Below, piece by piece: positions 57,918 to 64,000 of a stretch of 64,000 bases of DNA (within the stretch, counting starts at the first letter, position 1; the number at the start of each line of letters is the position of its first letter). A program made the translations under genes and the position numbers. Where the stretch lies: the NCBI GenBank assembly GCA_040399745.1, contig JBBARP010000001.1, positions 10,517 to 74,516 of the forward strand, written 5' to 3'. The notes beneath the pieces were generated by a model. That model had not been told where the DNA came from. It did not search any database and saw only the letters and a program-made list of their open reading frames with translations. Origin of the DNA: Bdellovibrionia bacterium (GTDB lineage Bacteria; Bdellovibrionota; UBA1018).

Positions 57918-57929
57918 AACGCTTCCATC

Positions 57930-59264
57930 ATGGAACTTAACGTTAAAGTCGAATCCCCGTCGTCCATTCAACGCAAGCTCACCGTGCGCGTGCCCGCGCT
58001 GAAGGTGACCCAGTCCATCGAGAATGGCTTTAAAGCTGCCCAGAAGACCGCCAAGCTGAAGGGCTTCCGCGCTGGCATGGTGCCGCTTTCGGTCGTGAAA
58101 CAATATTACGGCGAAGAAGTTCGCCATCAGGTGTTCCATGACCTGATCAACGATTCCTATCAGCAGGCGCTTCGCTCGGAAAAAATCCGCGCAGTCGGCA
58201 GCCCGCAAATCGAGACCCCCGATCACAAGACCGGCGAAGGCGCTCATGATCACACTCTCCATGAAGGCCGCGATCTGACTTTCGTTGCCATGGTCGAAGT
58301 GGTTCCCGAAGTCGAAGTCAAAGGCTACACCGGCATGGCTCTGACCCGCCCGAAAACGGCAGTGGAAGAGAAAGACATGGAAGACGCGATCAAGAACTTG
58401 CTCGATTCGCAAGCCGAGCTGGTTCCGGTAGCTCCTGCTCGCACCGTGAAAAAAGGCGATTACGTCGACATGAAGTTTGAAGGTGGCATCGTCACCGAGA
58501 CGGGCATCGACCCGCGTCCCGGCATGAGCGGCTCGCGCGTTCTTGAAGTGGGCTCGGATGCTTTGATCCCCGGCTTTGAAGAGCAGTTGATCGGCCTGGA
58601 TTCGGGCGCAACCAAGACCTTCCGCATTCCTTTCCCGGGCGATTACTACGAGAAAACCCTGGCAGGAAAAGAAGCCGAATTCACGGTCACCATCAACGAG
58701 CTGAAAGAGAAGAAGCTTCCGTCGCTCGATGAGGAATTCGCCAAGACCGCAGGCTACGAGAGCCTGGAAAAGCTTCGCGAACAAGTGAAGGAACAACTCA
58801 CTCAAGGCAAACAGCAAGAGTCCGACCGCAAACTGCGCAGCGACCTTCTGCAAGCTTTGATCGAGAAGAACACCTTTGATGTGCCGGTGAGCTTGGTTCA
58901 GACCCAGACCCGCAGCCTCGCGCAGGACGTGGGCCAAAACCTGAAGCGCCAAGGCTTCACCGATCAGATGATCCAAGAAACTCTGGCTGCAGAGCTAGAG
59001 AACTTGATGAAGCGCGCTGAAAACCAAGTGCGCGCAAGCCTCGTGCTCGAAGCTGTGGCTCGTCAGGAAAAGATCGAAGTGACCGACGCGGACGTCGAAA
59101 CCGAGATCAAAAAAATGGCGACTGAGATGAAGGTCGACGAAGCCCGTGTTCGCGATTTCTACGCTCAGGGCGAAGGCCGTCGTGAAGACCTGGAATTCCG
59201 CATCCGCGAAGAACGCGCTGTGGCCTTCCTGCTCTCGAAGTCCAAGATCAAAGACGAGAAGTAA
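57930..59264 (+). CDS. tig: Trigger factor
   Basis: KGFRAGMVP ribosome-binding loop; IPGFEEQLIG and FPGDY FKBP motifs. Confidence 0.96.
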   Translation: MELNVKVESPSSIQRKLTVRVPALKVTQSIENGFKAAQKTAKLKGFRAGMVPLSVVKQYYGEEVRHQVFHDLINDSYQQALRSEKIRAVGSPQIETPDHKTGEGAHDHTLHEGRDLTFVAMVEVVPEVEVKGYTGMALTRPKTAVEEKDMEDAIKNLLDSQAELVPVAPARTVKKGDYVDMKFEGGIVTETGIDPRPGMSGSRVLEVGSDALIPGFEEQLIGLDSGATKTFRIPFPGDYYEKTLAGKEAEFTVTINELKEKKLPSLDEEFAKTAGYESLEKLREQVKEQLTQGKQQESDRKLRSDLLQALIEKNTFDVPVSLVQTQTRSLAQDVGQNLKRQGFTDQMIQETLAAELENLMKRAENQVRASLVLEAVARQEKIEVTDADVETEIKKMATEMKVDEARVRDFYAQGEGRREDLEFRIREERAVAFLLSKSKIKDEK

Positions 59265-59578
59265 ATTCTCTGAACAAAGATCGGATTCACGGGGATCACG
59301 AACTCCACTTCATGTCGATGAAGGGTGAGTGCGTGGTCCCTGTCTTCCATTCGGTCTTCGCGTGAAATCACGCGTCCGATGGCCGTGAATGCCAGCGACC
59401 TACCTGCAGTGAGTGCGATCCTGACCCAGCGTTGATGCTCAATCGGCTCGCTGGTTCTTAAAATGCACCCTTGCGGGGTGAGGTCTTCAACGCGTCCTTC
59501 GGCGGTTCCTGAACCGCCCGAGTAAAGTCCCCAGCGCACTTCACATGGTTTCACTTCGTGGAACGGCTCGGCTTCCAT
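59165..59578 (-). CDS. Degenerate PilZ-like domain protein
   Basis: GRVEDLTPQGC (D-x-S/T-x-x-G), GRVI and terminal VEF strands; sigma54 promoter upstream; 3' end overlaps tig. Confidence 0.65.
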   Translation of the reverse strand: MEAEPFHEVKPCEVRWGLYSGGSGTAEGRVEDLTPQGCILRTSEPIEHQRWVRIALTAGRSLAFTAIGRVISREDRMEDRDHALTLHRHEVEFVIPVNPIFVQRIYFSSLILDFESRKATARSSRMRNSRSSRRPSP

Positions 59579-59609
59579 CGTGGTTCCCCCCTGAACGCAA
59601 GGATGCAAA

Positions 59610-59626
59610 AGCAGGGGGCGTGCCAA
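59610..59626 (-). promoter_or_regulatory. Sigma54 (-24/-12) promoter
   Basis: TTGGCACGCCCCCTGCT with GG-N10-GC spacing. Confidence 0.7.
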
Positions 59627-59663
59627 TGCCTTCCCAGACGGGCAAAGAAAAACGCTTCAGCGA

Positions 59664-60860
59664 TCAGGCCTTTTGATTCACCTGGATTTGCGGGGTGGCT
59701 AGCTCCAGGCCACTGGCGCGGAGTTCATCCATTCCTGCCTGAACCATTTGATCGGCAATCGTGTATTGCGTGCCGAAGTCATTCAAGCTGTAGACCAGTT
59801 TGTAAGGGATCCAAGACTCGCCCGTTTCGATCGTTAGAACGCTGGGAGCTGGGTCAGAGGTAATGCCTTTGATGCGTTTTGCGGCACGCAGCAGTGCGTT
59901 TCGCACATCTTCTGCCGGGGCCCAGTGAGGAAGGCGGAAGATCACGCTTCGGGAAATGGGCAGAGTTCCGTGCGAAAAATTGGAAACCTGAGACATCGCG
60001 ACCACTCGGTTGGGGATGGTGAGAAACTCCTCGGACCAGCCCAAAAGCACGGTGGCTCGCCAGGAGATTTCCATCACTTTTCCGCCCCATTTTTGTGGGC
60101 CATTGTGGACTTCGATCCAGTCGCCAATGTTGTAGGGTTTATCGATCTGAAGGGCGATCCCGGCAAAGAGGTTGCCCAAAGTATCCTGGGCAGCCAGACC
60201 GATGACCAATGACAAGGCAGCCGAAGTGGCCAAGATCGAGCCCACTTTGATGGCGAAAATTTCGCTCGTCAGCCAGCCGCTGACAATCAGCGAAAAGAGC
60301 AAGGTGAAGAGGTTGATCAGCAGCAGCGGAACCCCTTCGCGCATGTGCTTGTAGAACAGGTACTCGCTGAGCAGGATTCGGGCGGTCTTCACAAAGACCA
60401 AGGCCCCCCAAATCAAAGTGATGAGCCCCAGATAAGTCAAAAGGCGCGGGGTGGGGTCTGTGAGGGGGTCGGTCTGGCCCAGCCACGCGGCATACGAACT
60501 GAAAGCACCTGTAAAAACGGCTAGGTGAAGACTCAAGCTGGTAAATTGAGCGCGCAAGCTACGATGCCGGTCGGGGTTCAACGAACGCAGGGCGAATCGG
60601 TAAACCAGCCAGGATCCCAGGGCCAGCACCGCGATTAAAAGAGCAGGCTCGAGCTGCACCAGGGTGGCGACTCGATCGGGCGGAATCCAGGGTTGATTGA
60701 GCTTTGAGGCCATAGCGAGGTCGGAGTCCTTCAAAGTCTGATCGGAGGGATCGGCCCGATCCTTGAAGGGAGTCCCGGTCTGGCTTGATTTGGGGCGAGG
60801 GGAAAGCCACGGGGGGAGCAAATTTTCCGTGGTTTTATTGACATCCTTCGGACCATCCAC
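59664..60860 (-). CDS. MscS-family mechanosensitive channel (start uncertain)
   Basis: IGLAAQDTLGNLFAG, PYNIGDWI, ISWRAT and IPN motifs. Confidence 0.9.
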   Translation of the reverse strand: MDGPKDVNKTTENLLPPWLSPRPKSSQTGTPFKDRADPSDQTLKDSDLAMASKLNQPWIPPDRVATLVQLEPALLIAVLALGSWLVYRFALRSLNPDRHRSLRAQFTSLSLHLAVFTGAFSSYAAWLGQTDPLTDPTPRLLTYLGLITLIWGALVFVKTARILLSEYLFYKHMREGVPLLLINLFTLLFSLIVSGWLTSEIFAIKVGSILATSAALSLVIGLAAQDTLGNLFAGIALQIDKPYNIGDWIEVHNGPQKWGGKVMEISWRATVLLGWSEEFLTIPNRVVAMSQVSNFSHGTLPISRSVIFRLPHWAPAEDVRNALLRAAKRIKGITSDPAPSVLTIETGESWIPYKLVYSLNDFGTQYTIADQMVQAGMDELRASGLELATPQIQVNQKA

Positions 60861-60865
60861 AATAT
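60838..60865 (+). promoter_or_regulatory. Candidate sigma32-type heat-shock promoter for groESL
   Basis: TTGACA-N14-CACAATAT versus consensus TTGAAA-N13/14-CCCCATWT. Confidence 0.4.
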
Positions 60866-60993
60866 GTCTGTGCCACCCGGTGGATCGTTGAGTCGAAGAT
60901 TCATATCCCTTGTCTTTTCAAGGATATGGATCGTCGAGGTCGGTTCCTTGGGTGAGAACCTGAGAAAACTTGGAATTGAAGGAGATTAAAACC

Positions 60994-62959
<1,966 letters not shown>

Positions 62960-62990
62960 TCCATTCATCCCCATCGCGGATGAAACTCTA

Positions 62991-63027
62991 GGCCCGGGAG
63001 CCGTTGGCTTCCGGGCCTTTTTCTTTT
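62991..63027 (+). terminator. Intrinsic terminator after groEL
   Basis: GGCCCGGGAGCC-GTT-GGCTTCCGGGCC followed by TTTTTCTTTT. Confidence 0.88.
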
Positions 63028-63069
63028 CTGAAACCCCCGGCTGGGTGTGCTAGGCCTGGGTTTCAAGCC

Positions 63070-63999
63070 ATGTCGCAATCTTCGCCTCCGAATCGTTGGA
63101 TCAAGTGCATTTCTACTCACGGTAACGTGCGCGGGGTGGCCATTCAGGCCACTGAGCTAGTACGCGAGCAGGCCAAACTTCACGGGCTGACGGGCAACGG
63201 CGCTCAAGGCTTGGCTGAAGCGCTTTTGGGCGGTTTGCTCCTGGGCTCTTACTGCAAGATGGGCGAGCGGGTGAACCTGAACGTCCAAGGCGGCGGCTCG
63301 TACGTGCAAGCTTTGGTCGACGCTTATCCTGATGGGCGCGTTCGCGGTTACGTGGTCGAGCGAAAGCTCAGGCCCGCAGGCGCTGAGATTGTCTTTGAGG
63401 GCGGTCCTCGTCCTGAAGGCCCCTGGGGCACGGGCTTTCTGTCTGTTCTACGCACCAAGGATCAAGAGGGGCAGCGTCCTTACATTGGGACCGTGCCGCT
63501 CCTTACCGGGCACTTGGCAAAAGATCTGGCCTTCTATTGGGCTCAGAGCGAACAAGTACCTTCGGCTGTCGGCTTGGTCGTCGAGATGGACGGTCAGGAA
63601 ATTCGCTCTGCAGGCGCGTTCTTGGTGCAGGTGATGCCGGGTGCTTCGCCCGAAGAAGTTCACCTCATTGAAAGTCATATTTCGAGCACCGAGAGTTTGG
63701 TGGGTGAGTTTTCACCCCAAGCCGATCCGATGAGCTTTTTGGCTCGAGTGTTTGGCGACCTGACGTTTGTCGTGCTCGAAGAGCGCGAACTGAAAGCCTA
63801 CTGCAATTGCTCGAGCGAGCGTGTGGAGCGGGCTTTGGCGCTGGTGGGCGTAGCTGAGCTTCGCTCCATGCTGGCTGAAGACCGCGGCGCGAGTGTGAAC
63901 TGTGACTTCTGTTGCAAGGTCTACGAAGTGGACGCGACTCGCCTGGAATCTCTGATCGAGCGCCTCGAAACTCCCGCAGGCGGCGGAACGTCTCACTGA
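63070..63999 (+). CDS. hslO: Hsp33 redox-regulated chaperone
   Basis: YWAQSEQVPSAV motif; CNCS and CDFC zinc motifs. Confidence 0.93.
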   Translation: MSQSSPPNRWIKCISTHGNVRGVAIQATELVREQAKLHGLTGNGAQGLAEALLGGLLLGSYCKMGERVNLNVQGGGSYVQALVDAYPDGRVRGYVVERKLRPAGAEIVFEGGPRPEGPWGTGFLSVLRTKDQEGQRPYIGTVPLLTGHLAKDLAFYWAQSEQVPSAVGLVVEMDGQEIRSAGAFLVQVMPGASPEEVHLIESHISSTESLVGEFSPQADPMSFLARVFGDLTFVVLEERELKAYCNCSSERVERALALVGVAELRSMLAEDRGASVNCDFCCKVYEVDATRLESLIERLETPAGGGTSH

Positions 64000-64000
64000 A

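Overview
Bacterial core-genome window, probably from a Bdellovibrionota/Oligoflexia-like deltaproteobacterial lineage (inferred from gene order and protein style, not from a search). Left part: a truncated chemoreceptor, leuS, rsgA, an RsmB-like methylase, pyrD, an ntrY/ntrX-like pair, proS, pyrF and rlmB. Next is the tRNA-tuf-rpmG-secE-nusG-rplKAJL-rpoBC cluster. An accessory stretch of about 16 kb starts at tRNA-Val and holds a duplicated tRNA 3' end, orphan ORFs, an ABC exporter, a four-Cache protein, a rhodanese plus PiT pair, lemA-TPM genes and a cobalamin riboswitch with a TonB-dependent receptor. Right part: rpsB-tsf-pyrH-frr-uppS-cdsA-rseP-tsaB-pssA-asd-truA-tig and groES-groEL-hslO. 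Most notable observations: (1) a 24-aa Lys-rich microprotein gene, missing from the ORF track, with its own promoter, SD and terminator; (2) a CFI-box protein joined through an internal signal peptide to an outer-membrane barrel, a possible polyprotein; (3) a soluble ABAB four-Cache protein behind tandem operators; (4) a 212-bp integrase-less element at tRNA-Val; (5) several sigma54 promoters and apparently leaderless housekeeping genes. All functional calls are by motif recognition only.
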